A stretch of DNA of 64,000 nucleotides, taken from positions 1,537 to 65,536 of the forward strand of contig DCHF01000030.1 of NCBI GenBank assembly GCA_002315555.1. The letters run 5' to 3'. The first letter of the stretch is position 1. Each line of letters begins with the position of its first letter. Below the pieces are notes generated by a model. That model was not told the DNA's origin. It saw only the letters and a list, made by a program, of their open reading frames with translations, and did no database searches. Made by a program: the position numbers and the translations under genes. This DNA comes from Lachnospiraceae bacterium UBA1759 (lineage in GTDB: Bacteria > Bacillota > Clostridia > Lachnospirales > Lachnospiraceae). Below are positions 36,997 through 45,516 of the stretch, piece by piece.

Positions 36997-38283
36997 ATGA
37001 CAACACTTGAAAAAGGCTATGAGCTTCTCCGCGACTGGAAGGGAGACGGTTATATTTACGGACTCGGCGTTTTTGAACGGCTGGGTGAACTGACAGCAAA
37101 GTACGGAAAGCGCGTGATGATCGTATCCACGCCGACTTATAAGGCACTGACGGACCGGGCAATGGAGCTGATCGCCGCCGCGGGCGGTGAAGTGGTTCCG
37201 GCTGCGGTGGTGCCAGGTGCGCGGCCGAACGCGCCGCGGGAGGACGTGTACCGCATCGAGACTTATATGCTGCAGTACGCGCCGGATGTGGTGGTGAGCA
37301 TCGGCGGCGGTTCCACGATCGATGCCGTGAAGGCGGCCATCGTTCTGGCGTCCCTCGGCAAGGCGGCCACACCCGAGCTGGAGCCCTGGTTCGGCACCGG
37401 TGTCGTTACGAAGGCGCTTCAGGAGACCGGCTGCAAGCTGATCCCGCACATCGCGGTGGAGACCGCAAGCTCCTCCGGTTCTCATCTGACCAAGTATTCC
37501 AACGTGACCGATCCGGTCTCCGGGCAGAAGCTTCTGATCGTGGATCCGGCTATCGTGCCGGAGGCGGCGCTGTTTGATTACCGCGCGACTGTGTCTATGC
37601 CGAAGAGTGTGACGATCGACGGGGCACTGGACGGCATGGCACATACGTTGGAGGTCTTCTGGGGGGCAAAGCCGGAATACTATGACAAGGCGCAGACCAT
37701 TTGCGAGACCGCACTGGAGCTGATCATCGCGAACGCGAAGAAGGCGCTCGAGGATCCGGCGGATGAAGAAGCGCGCGAAGCGCTCGGTGTTGCGACGGAC
37801 TTGGGCGGTTACGCCATTATGGTCGGCGGTACCTCCGGAGGTCACCTGACCAGCTTCTCCCTGGTCGATGTTGCCGCCCACGGCACGGCTTGCGGCATCA
37901 TGAATCCGTACTACGCGGTCTTCTACGCACCGGCGATCCAGCCACAGCTCCTGTCCATCGGCAGCGTGCTGAAAAAGTACGGTTTTGTGGCCGGAAATGT
38001 GGCATTAGAGGAGCTTTCGGGCCGCGACCGGGCAATTGCCGTGTCGGAAGGACTGATGTCCTTTTCCCGCAGTATCGGTGCTCCTGCGACGCTTGCCGAA
38101 CTCCCGGAATTTGACGCATCCTATGTGGATAAGATCCTGACGGCTGCAAAGAACCCGCAGCTGAAGATGAAACTTCAGAATATGCCGGTACCGATGACCG
38201 CCGGGGATGTGGATACCTGTATGGCGCCGGTGATCCGGGCAGCCGTGACCGGCGATATGAGCGGTATTCCCGCAGGCAAATAA
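36997..38283 (+). CDS. Iron-containing (group III) alcohol dehydrogenase family protein
   Basis: GGGSTIDAVKAA and DGALDGMAHTLE (Asp/His ligands), plus a later GGH...H pair. ATG 36997 follows AAGGAG by 5 nt, so it is preferred over the track start at 36982. Confidence 0.85.
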   Translation: MTTLEKGYELLRDWKGDGYIYGLGVFERLGELTAKYGKRVMIVSTPTYKALTDRAMELIAAAGGEVVPAAVVPGARPNAPREDVYRIETYMLQYAPDVVVSIGGGSTIDAVKAAIVLASLGKAATPELEPWFGTGVVTKALQETGCKLIPHIAVETASSSGSHLTKYSNVTDPVSGQKLLIVDPAIVPEAALFDYRATVSMPKSVTIDGALDGMAHTLEVFWGAKPEYYDKAQTICETALELIIANAKKALEDPADEEAREALGVATDLGGYAIMVGGTSGGHLTSFSLVDVAAHGTACGIMNPYYAVFYAPAIQPQLLSIGSVLKKYGFVAGNVALEELSGRDRAIAVSEGLMSFSRSIGAPATLAELPEFDASYVDKILTAAKNPQLKMKLQNMPVPMTAGDVDTCMAPVIRAAVTGDMSGIPAGK

Positions 38284-38297
38284 GGAATTGAGTATAC

Positions 38298-38981
38298 ATG
38301 AAGATCATTGATTTAAAAGAAACGATTTTACAGGATAACGACGCCGATGCGGCACTTCTCCGCGCGGAACTCGGTGCGCAGGGCATCTGTCTGATGAACC
38401 TGATGTCCGCACCCGGCAGCGGCAAGACCTCCACGCTTCTTGCGCTGGACAAGTATTTCCGCGGGCGGATGAACTGGGGCGTCATGGAAGCGGACATCGA
38501 TTCCGATGTGGACGCGCTGACCCTTGAGGCCGCCGGCGTGCCCTCCATCCAGCTTCACACGGGCGGCATGTGCCACCTGGACGCAGACATGACCCGTCAG
38601 GGCGTGAATGCTTTTCGTGCGGAACACCCGGATTACGACGGCGGGTTCATGGTGCTCGAGAACATCGGCAACCTGGTCTGCCCGGCGGAATACGATACCG
38701 GCGCGTCCATCAATCTGACTATTTTAAGCGTCCCAGAGGGTGATGACAAGCCGGCAAAATACCCGCTCATGTACCGCGTGAGCGATGTGCTGGTCATCAA
38801 CAAGATCGACGCGCTTCCCGTCTTTGATTTTGATAAGGTGCGCATGGAAGGCTATGCCAAAACGCTGAATCCAGACATCCGCATCTTCTACATTTCCGCG
38901 AAGACCGGGGAGGGCGTGGAGGCCCTTGCGGAGTATCTGATGGCCCGTGCGACTACCGTTCTCGGAAAGGAGGGCTTCTGA
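38298..38981 (+). CDS. HypB-like G3E-family metallochaperone GTPase, paralogue A
   Basis: 227 aa. P-loop SAPGSGKTSTL, GGMCHLDADM (Cys-His), ENIGNLVCPAEYD (Cys), SVPEGDDKP and INKID (NKxD). Confidence 0.8.
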   Translation: MKIIDLKETILQDNDADAALLRAELGAQGICLMNLMSAPGSGKTSTLLALDKYFRGRMNWGVMEADIDSDVDALTLEAAGVPSIQLHTGGMCHLDADMTRQGVNAFRAEHPDYDGGFMVLENIGNLVCPAEYDTGASINLTILSVPEGDDKPAKYPLMYRVSDVLVINKIDALPVFDFDKVRMEGYAKTLNPDIRIFYISAKTGEGVEALAEYLMARATTVLGKEGF

Positions 38982-38982
38982 C

Positions 38983-39669
38983 ATGGGTGAAGTAAGAGTG
39001 ATCGAGATCCATGAAAGCGTCTATGCGAACAACGACCGTACCGCGGATATTCTCCGGCAGCAGCTGACGGCGCAGGGCACCCTGTTTCTTAATGTGATGT
39101 CCGGGCCGGGCAGCGGAAAGACGACGACATTGACGGCGTTAATCAACCGGCTGAAGGGCGAGCTTCGCATCGGTGAAATGGATGTGGATAACGAGTCCAG
39201 TCTGGATGCGCAGCGTGTGGCCGATGCCACCGGCGTTCAGTCCCTGCAGATTCACAACGGCGGGCTGTGTCACATCGATGCGGACATGACCTCCCGTGCG
39301 CTCCTTCAGTACGATACGACGGGGCTGGATCTTCTGATCCTGGAAAACATCGGAAACCTGGTCTGCCCGGCGGAATTTGACACGGGTTCGCATAAGCGGG
39401 TGATGCTGTTAAGCGTCCCCGAAGGCGATGACAAGCCGCTGAAGTATCCGCTTATGTTCGAGACCAGCGATGTGGTTCTGATCAATAAGATCGATACCAT
39501 GGACTACTTTGATTTTGACATGAATAAAGCGCGCGAGCGGATCCTGAAACTGAACCCGCAGGCGCGCATATTCCCAATCAGCGCGAAGACCGGAGAAGGT
39601 CTGGACGCTGTATGTGATTGGATAAGAGAGGAAGTAAAGCGCAATCAGAGCGCGCTTCCGATCGAGTAA
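38983..39669 (+). CDS. HypB-like G3E-family metallochaperone GTPase, paralogue B
   Basis: ATG 38983 lies 1 nt after the paralogue A stop. 228 aa with SGPGSGKTTTL, GGLCHIDADM, ENIGNLVCPAEFD, SVPEGDDKP and INKID. Shares an identical 22-nt block with paralogue A (38670-38691 equals 39355-39376). Confidence 0.8.
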   Translation: MGEVRVIEIHESVYANNDRTADILRQQLTAQGTLFLNVMSGPGSGKTTTLTALINRLKGELRIGEMDVDNESSLDAQRVADATGVQSLQIHNGGLCHIDADMTSRALLQYDTTGLDLLILENIGNLVCPAEFDTGSHKRVMLLSVPEGDDKPLKYPLMFETSDVVLINKIDTMDYFDFDMNKARERILKLNPQARIFPISAKTGEGLDAVCDWIREEVKRNQSALPIE

Positions 39670-41525
39670 CCCGTCCGGATGGCAGTCTGCATACTGCCGA
39701 TCTGTCTGCAGTCGCCGATCGTGTAGAACTGCTTGCCGCAATTCATGTAAGCGGCGGCAGCGGTCACATCAGCCGTCATGCCGGCAGCCAGTAAAACCGT
39801 ATCACAGGGAATGGTATGGATATCACCGTTCTCATCCTTATAGGCCACACTGTTTTCGGAGACTTCCGTGCAGGTGGCCTTTAAAATTACTTCAAGGTTT
39901 TCCTTTTCAGCCTCAACGGCTTCCAGGAACATGCTGTAATAGTGGCCGCGGAAGGATTCCTTTGCGATCATGTCTTTCATCTCGATGACCGTCACCTTCT
40001 TGCCCTGCTGTGCCAGGTACATACCGGCTTCCACGCCGATCTCACCACCGCCGATGATCACCGCCGTTTCCCCGACAAGCTCCGGATGGGCAAAGGTATC
40101 GACTGCCGGGATCGCCGCTTCGATGCCCGGGATCTTCGGCACGATGCCTTTTCCGCCCACGGCCGCTACGACCGCATCAAAATTCTGTGCTTCCAGCCAG
40201 TCCGGGTCCGGTGCGCAGTTCAGCTGCACCGTGACATTCGGATTCTCCGCAAGCTTTTTCTCATAATGCTTCAGCCAGTTCAGCACCGGCCATTTGAAGG
40301 TCGCATAACGGCTGTGCTCCAGCATGCCGCCCAGCCGGCCCTTTTTCTCGAACAGCGTGACCTTGTGTCCGCGCTCCGCAGCGATGAGTGCGGCCTCCAT
40401 GCCGGACGGTCCGCCGCCGATGATCGCGATCTTCTTTTCACGCGTGAACGGAACGGTTCTCCGGTCGATGGTCTTCTCCGACGCAAACCGCGGATTGACG
40501 ACGCAGACGGACAGGCAGTGGTTGGGCTGGTGGCACTTGTTGCAGCGAAGGCAGGGCACCAGGTCCTCAGCGCGGCCCTCGTACAGAAGCTGTCCGAAGT
40601 TCGAATTGGAGATATAGGCGCGGGCCATAGAGATCAGATCGGCCTTGCCCTCACGGACTGCGGCTTCGCAATCGTCCGGGTCAATGAAGCCCGCGGACGC
40701 TGCAACGGCCTGCTTGACGCCGGCCTTTTTCACGTATTCCGCCATATATAGGAACGGTGTGCGTTCCTTCAGGTATCCGATCGGATGCTGGTGGTCGATC
40801 TCATAGGAACGGAGCGTCAGGATGTCGATCAGTCCTTCCGCGGCCTTTGCAAAGGCAACGGTATCGTCCAGCGTCCAGCCGCCTTCCTCGATCTCATGTC
40901 CGGTGATGCAGGCTTCGATCATGAAGTCCTTTCCGCATTTTTCCTTGATCCTCCGGCAGAGCATCAGCGGGAAACGGATGCGGTTCTCAAAGCTGCCGCC
41001 GAATTCATCGGTACGATGGTTACTGATTGGAGAGAGCAGCTTTCCGGTCAGCACCATGCGGTAGGACATATGGATGTAGATGCCGTCAAATCCGGCTTCG
41101 GAAATATTCTTTGCAAGCTCAGAGAAATGCTCCACACATTCGTAGATCTTTTCCGTGGTGATATTCAGGCTCTCGAAATCTTCCGTGGAGACCTCCGGCG
41201 GAAAGGTCATGCAGGTACCGTGGGCACGTGCGCCGTAGAAGTGAACGGCATCGACCATCTGGGCCATGTAGTTCTTTGCGCCGAGGTCGGAAGCGTCCCA
41301 GCCGTTGCCGCCCGGCCAGATCTTGCCGAAGCCGCTTCCGTCGCAGGTGACGATGGCTGCGCCGCCTCTTGCACGTTCCGCGTAGCATTCGATCAGCGTA
41401 TCGGAGGGCCAGGTCTCATTGGCCTGCGCATTGTACGGCTGTGAAGGCGGGCAGATCATACGGTTCTTCAGAATGACGTTACCGACTTGAAGCGGTTTTA
41501 ACAGATGAGGGTAATAAGGATTCAT
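39645..41525 (-). CDS. Old-yellow-enzyme / 2,4-dienoyl-CoA-reductase-like flavoprotein (enoate reductase type)
   Basis: 626 aa. N-terminal OYE TIM barrel (LKNRMICPP...), a Cys cluster CLRCNKCHQPNHCLSVC, then IAIIGGGPSG and VIIGGGEIG dinucleotide folds. Confidence 0.85.
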   Translation of the reverse strand: MNPYYPHLLKPLQVGNVILKNRMICPPSQPYNAQANETWPSDTLIECYAERARGGAAIVTCDGSGFGKIWPGGNGWDASDLGAKNYMAQMVDAVHFYGARAHGTCMTFPPEVSTEDFESLNITTEKIYECVEHFSELAKNISEAGFDGIYIHMSYRMVLTGKLLSPISNHRTDEFGGSFENRIRFPLMLCRRIKEKCGKDFMIEACITGHEIEEGGWTLDDTVAFAKAAEGLIDILTLRSYEIDHQHPIGYLKERTPFLYMAEYVKKAGVKQAVAASAGFIDPDDCEAAVREGKADLISMARAYISNSNFGQLLYEGRAEDLVPCLRCNKCHQPNHCLSVCVVNPRFASEKTIDRRTVPFTREKKIAIIGGGPSGMEAALIAAERGHKVTLFEKKGRLGGMLEHSRYATFKWPVLNWLKHYEKKLAENPNVTVQLNCAPDPDWLEAQNFDAVVAAVGGKGIVPKIPGIEAAIPAVDTFAHPELVGETAVIIGGGEIGVEAGMYLAQQGKKVTVIEMKDMIAKESFRGHYYSMFLEAVEAEKENLEVILKATCTEVSENSVAYKDENGDIHTIPCDTVLLAAGMTADVTAAAAYMNCGKQFYTIGDCRQIGSMQTAIRTGYSIGSAL

Positions 41526-41529
41526 AAAA

Positions 41530-41581
41530 ACACTCCTTTTTCAATCACTATAATAAGGATTTAGCATTGAAAAAGGAGTGT
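41530..41581 (-). terminator. Perfect 16-bp hairpin plus U5 abutting the reductase start codon; it contains its Shine-Dalgarno sequence
   Basis: Plus-strand ACACTCCTTTTTCAAT (41530-41545) and ATTGAAAAAGGAGTGT (41566-41581) are exact reverse complements with a 20-nt loop. On the minus strand the 3' arm (..AAAGGAGTGT) is followed by TTTTT and ATG (41525). Confidence 0.7.
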
Positions 41582-41669
41582 GTCAATTCTTTATTTTTTG
41601 AACTGTTTTTTGAGAAAAGATCCGGAGAAATACGCAACAGATCCGCCGTTTTTACAACAGATATGCAGG

Positions 41670-42983
41670 TTAGAAGGAATCAAGGACCGTTTCCGTTTCC
41701 TCGTATTTTTTGACTGTGGGACTGTCGATGAGACGGCCCTCCATAATGACCTTGCGGACATTGCGGAGCGTTTGCAGGTTTTTGGTGGGATCCTCATCCA
41801 CGACGATCATGTCGGCGGATTTTCCGACCTCGATCGTACCGGTGATATCACCGATGCCCGCAATTCCGGCATTGATCTGTGTTGCCGTATGCAGCGCAAA
41901 GGCCGGGGTGACATCGCAGTATTTTACATAATATACGAGCTCACGCCACATGTCATACTGGGTACTGTAACTGCAGGCACTGTCGGTACCGAGACCAACG
42001 GTAATACCTTCTGCCAGACATGTTTTGGCCATCTGTACCATACCGTCTACGACCGTGATGCTGTTTGTGACAGCGGCTTCGGACAGATTGAACAGTCCCG
42101 GAAGACGCTTGACGTACGGAATGGCCGGGGAAAGCGTCAAGACCTGGCAGGCGCCGGTCTTTTTCATAAGATCGATGATCTCAGCATCCGGCTTTGCGCC
42201 GTGCTCGATGGTATCCACGCCGTTCTTCAGTGCCGCACGGACACCGGCCTGACCTTCGCAATGCGCAGCTACCTTGTAGCCCAGTTCGTGCGCGCGGTCG
42301 CAGGCGGCCTTGATATAGTCTTCCGGCATACGGAGCGCGCCGGGCTCGCCGACTTCATCGGAATCCATAATGCCGCCGGTGATCATCAGTTTAATGAGTG
42401 CCGGCTTGTCCTTGGCGATGGTATCGACCAAAGACGCGGCTTCTTCCGCGCTCGTGGCGGGATAAGCAAACGTGCCGGCCATGTGACCGCCGGGGACGGA
42501 GATCGCGCAGTTTGCGGGAAGGATACGCGGGCCGACGCGTTTTCCCTTCGCAATGTCATCGCGGACGCGGGAATCGTAGTTGGAGATACTGCCCACGGAA
42601 CGGACCGTCGTAACGCCGGCCATCAGGGCATTTTTGGCATTGCCGGCGACCATTGCGCAGCCGATCTTATTTCCAAGCTCGCAGCTGGTGATCAGCTTGC
42701 AGATCCGCTCGAGGTTCATCGGCTTCTTGGAAGGCTTGCCGGAACCGGGCAGATGTACGTGCAGATTGATCAGACCGGGAAGGATGAATTTACCGCCCAG
42801 GTCCACGATCTCACAGCCGGAAAGATCCGCGCCGTGCGCGTCTTCGATGGCGGCGATGCGCGTATCGTCCACAATGATCACTTTACCGGTCACCGGTACC
42901 ATGTCTTTGGTTCCGTCCAGGATCACACAGTTTATATATGCGGTCTTTTTGCTTGTTTTTTTACTCATATCATACCTCGGCAA
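41670..42983 (-). CDS. Amidohydrolase family protein (metal-dependent)
   Basis: 437 aa. PGLINLHVHL (H-x-H), an AAHCEG His and GTDS Asp arrangement. Confidence 0.85.
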   Translation of the reverse strand: MPRYDMSKKTSKKTAYINCVILDGTKDMVPVTGKVIIVDDTRIAAIEDAHGADLSGCEIVDLGGKFILPGLINLHVHLPGSGKPSKKPMNLERICKLITSCELGNKIGCAMVAGNAKNALMAGVTTVRSVGSISNYDSRVRDDIAKGKRVGPRILPANCAISVPGGHMAGTFAYPATSAEEAASLVDTIAKDKPALIKLMITGGIMDSDEVGEPGALRMPEDYIKAACDRAHELGYKVAAHCEGQAGVRAALKNGVDTIEHGAKPDAEIIDLMKKTGACQVLTLSPAIPYVKRLPGLFNLSEAAVTNSITVVDGMVQMAKTCLAEGITVGLGTDSACSYSTQYDMWRELVYYVKYCDVTPAFALHTATQINAGIAGIGDITGTIEVGKSADMIVVDEDPTKNLQTLRNVRKVIMEGRLIDSPTVKKYEETETVLDSF

Positions 42984-44295
42984 GATCGTTCATTTTCAGG
43001 AATAACGACAGGACCCAGATACCGACGGAAGCCACGAGTGCGGTCACGCCCATGATCAGGACGATGGCTGTGACTGCGGAAGTGGGCTGTACGGCCAGTT
43101 CGCCGTCAAAGTGGGAATACTCGAGCACCAGGCCGAGCAGGAAGGTCAGGAATGCATTGCCGAGCTTCTGAACAAAATACATGACGTTATTGACCATACC
43201 GTCCATACGGGCGCCCTGGGATTCGCTGACGGCGTCGGTAATGTCCGCGCGGTTCAGGCTCAGCATGACCGTGATCAGCTCCGTGCCGATACCGATGGCT
43301 GCGCACAGAACGAACGGTGCGAACAACTGCTTTGCGAAGATCAGGAAGATGACGGAGCCGATGGTCAGGATCGCGGTACCGATTGCGATGACCTTTTTAC
43401 GGCCAAACTTTTTGTAAAGCTTGTTGACGACCGGGAGCATTGCAACGATGCCGATGACATAGGTAGCCATGACCACGCTCGCAATGCCAGGCTTGTTGAT
43501 GACGTATGTGCAATAGTACAGCGCATAACCGGAAATAATGGTCGAATACAGGCCGTACAGGAAAAGAATCGCCAGGTTGACGTTGAATTCGCGGTTTGAC
43601 AGCAGGATCTTACAGCATTTCGTGAACGGAATCTTTTCGGAGACGTCATCGTGCACGCGCTCTTTTGAGGTGAAGAAATTGAACAGACTGGTCACGATGA
43701 CGATCAGACCGGCCAAAGCCGCGCCTACAAGGAAGCCGCGCTGCGGGTTGATCATGGCACCATCGGCGTCAAGCCCGGCAACACCGCGGACGATGGGCCA
43801 GAAAATGATGGAGGAGATCGCAAGACCGAAAGCGCCGCCGCCGGAAGCCCAGGTACTCAGGGAAACGCGATCCTTGGCATCGGGGGAGGCCAGCTGCTTC
43901 ATGCCGTTGATCGCCAGCGTGTGCAGCGTACTCGGAATACGGAAGACAAAGTATGTGACAAAGGCCAGGATGATGCCGACTACACCGGTACCGTAGACCG
44001 TAAACATCAGCACGAGGCAGACGGCGATCGGGATGGAGGACCACAGAAGCGGGCGCATCTTTTCACCGTTTTTAAAGCGGCGGTTATCGGCGATCGAGGC
44101 AAAAAGCGGATCGTTCACAGCGTCCCAGACTACCGCAAGGCTGATGATCGTGCTTGCGATTGCCGGACGGATGTGCGCGACGTTCGTGTAGAAATAGAGC
44201 AGGAATGTATTAACGAAGGACAGCCATACACCGGAACCGAGGTTGGTCAGGCCGTAGCCAAGCTTCTCAGGAAAAGAAAGTGTTTTCGTTTTCAT
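42970..44295 (-). CDS. MFS transporter of the glycoside-pentoside-hexuronide (GPH) type
   Basis: 441 aa, 12 TM. N-terminal EKLGYGLTNLGSG...FLLYFYTNV...WDAVNDPLF is typical of GPH symporters. 14-nt overlap with the downstream gene. Confidence 0.85.
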   Translation of the reverse strand: MKTKTLSFPEKLGYGLTNLGSGVWLSFVNTFLLYFYTNVAHIRPAIASTIISLAVVWDAVNDPLFASIADNRRFKNGEKMRPLLWSSIPIAVCLVLMFTVYGTGVVGIILAFVTYFVFRIPSTLHTLAINGMKQLASPDAKDRVSLSTWASGGGAFGLAISSIIFWPIVRGVAGLDADGAMINPQRGFLVGAALAGLIVIVTSLFNFFTSKERVHDDVSEKIPFTKCCKILLSNREFNVNLAILFLYGLYSTIISGYALYYCTYVINKPGIASVVMATYVIGIVAMLPVVNKLYKKFGRKKVIAIGTAILTIGSVIFLIFAKQLFAPFVLCAAIGIGTELITVMLSLNRADITDAVSESQGARMDGMVNNVMYFVQKLGNAFLTFLLGLVLEYSHFDGELAVQPTSAVTAIVLIMGVTALVASVGIWVLSLFLKMNDLAEV

Positions 44296-44514
44296 AGTTT
44301 ACTCCTTTGGTGCAATAAAGTTGTTATCAGCATAACAAACGGAAGAAGATAAGTCAATGACGGGAGGTCCGGCTCAAAGGGAAGATGTGAAGAAGCAAGG
44401 GGAGTGGCAAAACTAATGATGTAAGTGGCAGAATGTATGATGACAAGTGCGGGGTGAGTGTTGTAAGATGTTTTATATTCAATTTGTAAAATTACTGCGA
44501 AAGGCGGAGACATC

Positions 44515-45441
44515 ATGGAATATCGATCTGTAGCGATACTCGGGGCGGGCGCGGTCGGCGCGTATCTGATCTGGGGACTGACAAAGAAGGCGGATGTTGA
44601 GCTGTGTGTCATTGCGGAAGGCGAGCGCAGGGACCGGTTTGAAAAGGAGGGCTTTCTGATCAACGGTGAACTGTACAAGCCGGCGGTGAAGACGCCGGAG
44701 GAAGCGCACGGTGTGGACCTTCTTGTGGTGTGCGTGAAGTACAATGCGCTGCAAGGTGCGCTGCCGGCCATCCGGGCGATCGCCGATGAGAATACGCAGG
44801 TCATGAGCCTGATGAACGGCGTGGACAGTGAAGAGGTTATCGGGGCGGTCATCGGTGAGCGGAAGGTCATCTATTCTTCCATTAAGATCGCGTCCGAGCG
44901 CGTCGGAAATACGGTGAAGTTCGTGCCGGAGACGACCATCGGCATGGTCTATGGCGAAAAGGCCGGCGTAGTGACGCCGCGGATCGAGGCACTTGACGAA
45001 CTGTTTGCCGGAACCGGACTGAATTACCGGATCACAACGGAGGTCCTGAAAGAGATCTGGAGCAAGTTCCGGCTGAACGTGCCGAATAATCAGGTCCAGG
45101 CGATGTTAAGCGTGGGCGTGGGGGCGTACCGCGACAGCGAGCACGTGCGTTTCCTGCAGCAGGCGGTGCTTGCGGAGGTCGATGCCATCGCTGAGGCGAA
45201 GGGCATTCACTTCAGCGATAAAGACAAGAGCGGAAACTTTGGCGCCAAGGTGCAGGACCGCGCGCGTTATTCCACGCTGCAGGACCTGGACGCCAGGCGC
45301 CACACCGAGGTCGATATGTTTTCCGGCGCGGTCATCCGCATGGGGCAGGAGTACGGCATTCCGACGCCGTATAATGAGTTTGTGTATCATATGATCAAGG
45401 CAATCGAAGAAAAGAATGACGGGAAGTTTGATTATGAATGA
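44515..45441 (+). CDS. Ketopantoate reductase (PanE/ApbA) family oxidoreductase
   Basis: 308 aa. VAILGAGAVGAY Rossmann motif, plus NG and K-containing central blocks and a C-terminal PTPYN motif. Confidence 0.82.
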   Translation: MEYRSVAILGAGAVGAYLIWGLTKKADVELCVIAEGERRDRFEKEGFLINGELYKPAVKTPEEAHGVDLLVVCVKYNALQGALPAIRAIADENTQVMSLMNGVDSEEVIGAVIGERKVIYSSIKIASERVGNTVKFVPETTIGMVYGEKAGVVTPRIEALDELFAGTGLNYRITTEVLKEIWSKFRLNVPNNQVQAMLSVGVGAYRDSEHVRFLQQAVLAEVDAIAEAKGIHFSDKDKSGNFGAKVQDRARYSTLQDLDARRHTEVDMFSGAVIRMGQEYGIPTPYNEFVYHMIKAIEEKNDGKFDYE

Positions 45442-45460
45442 ACGTCTTGCCGGAAGAAGA

Positions 45461-45501
45461 AAAAGGGGATCTGTCGCATCGGATGCGACAGATCCTCTTT
45501 T
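45461..45501. terminator. Bidirectional terminator hairpin
   Basis: AAAAGGGGATCTGTCGCATC and GATGCGACAGATCCTCTTTT form a long, near-perfect stem flanked by an A-run and a T-run. It lies between convergent genes. Confidence 0.75.
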
Positions 45502-45516
45502 ATTAGAATGCACTTA

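Noticed and set aside
38298-39669. Annotating the tandem GTPases simply as hydrogenase maturation factor hypB, implying a hydrogenase locus.
   Set aside because: The family assignment is sound, but no hydrogenase or other hyp genes occur in the window. The functional label is left open and flagged as a finding.
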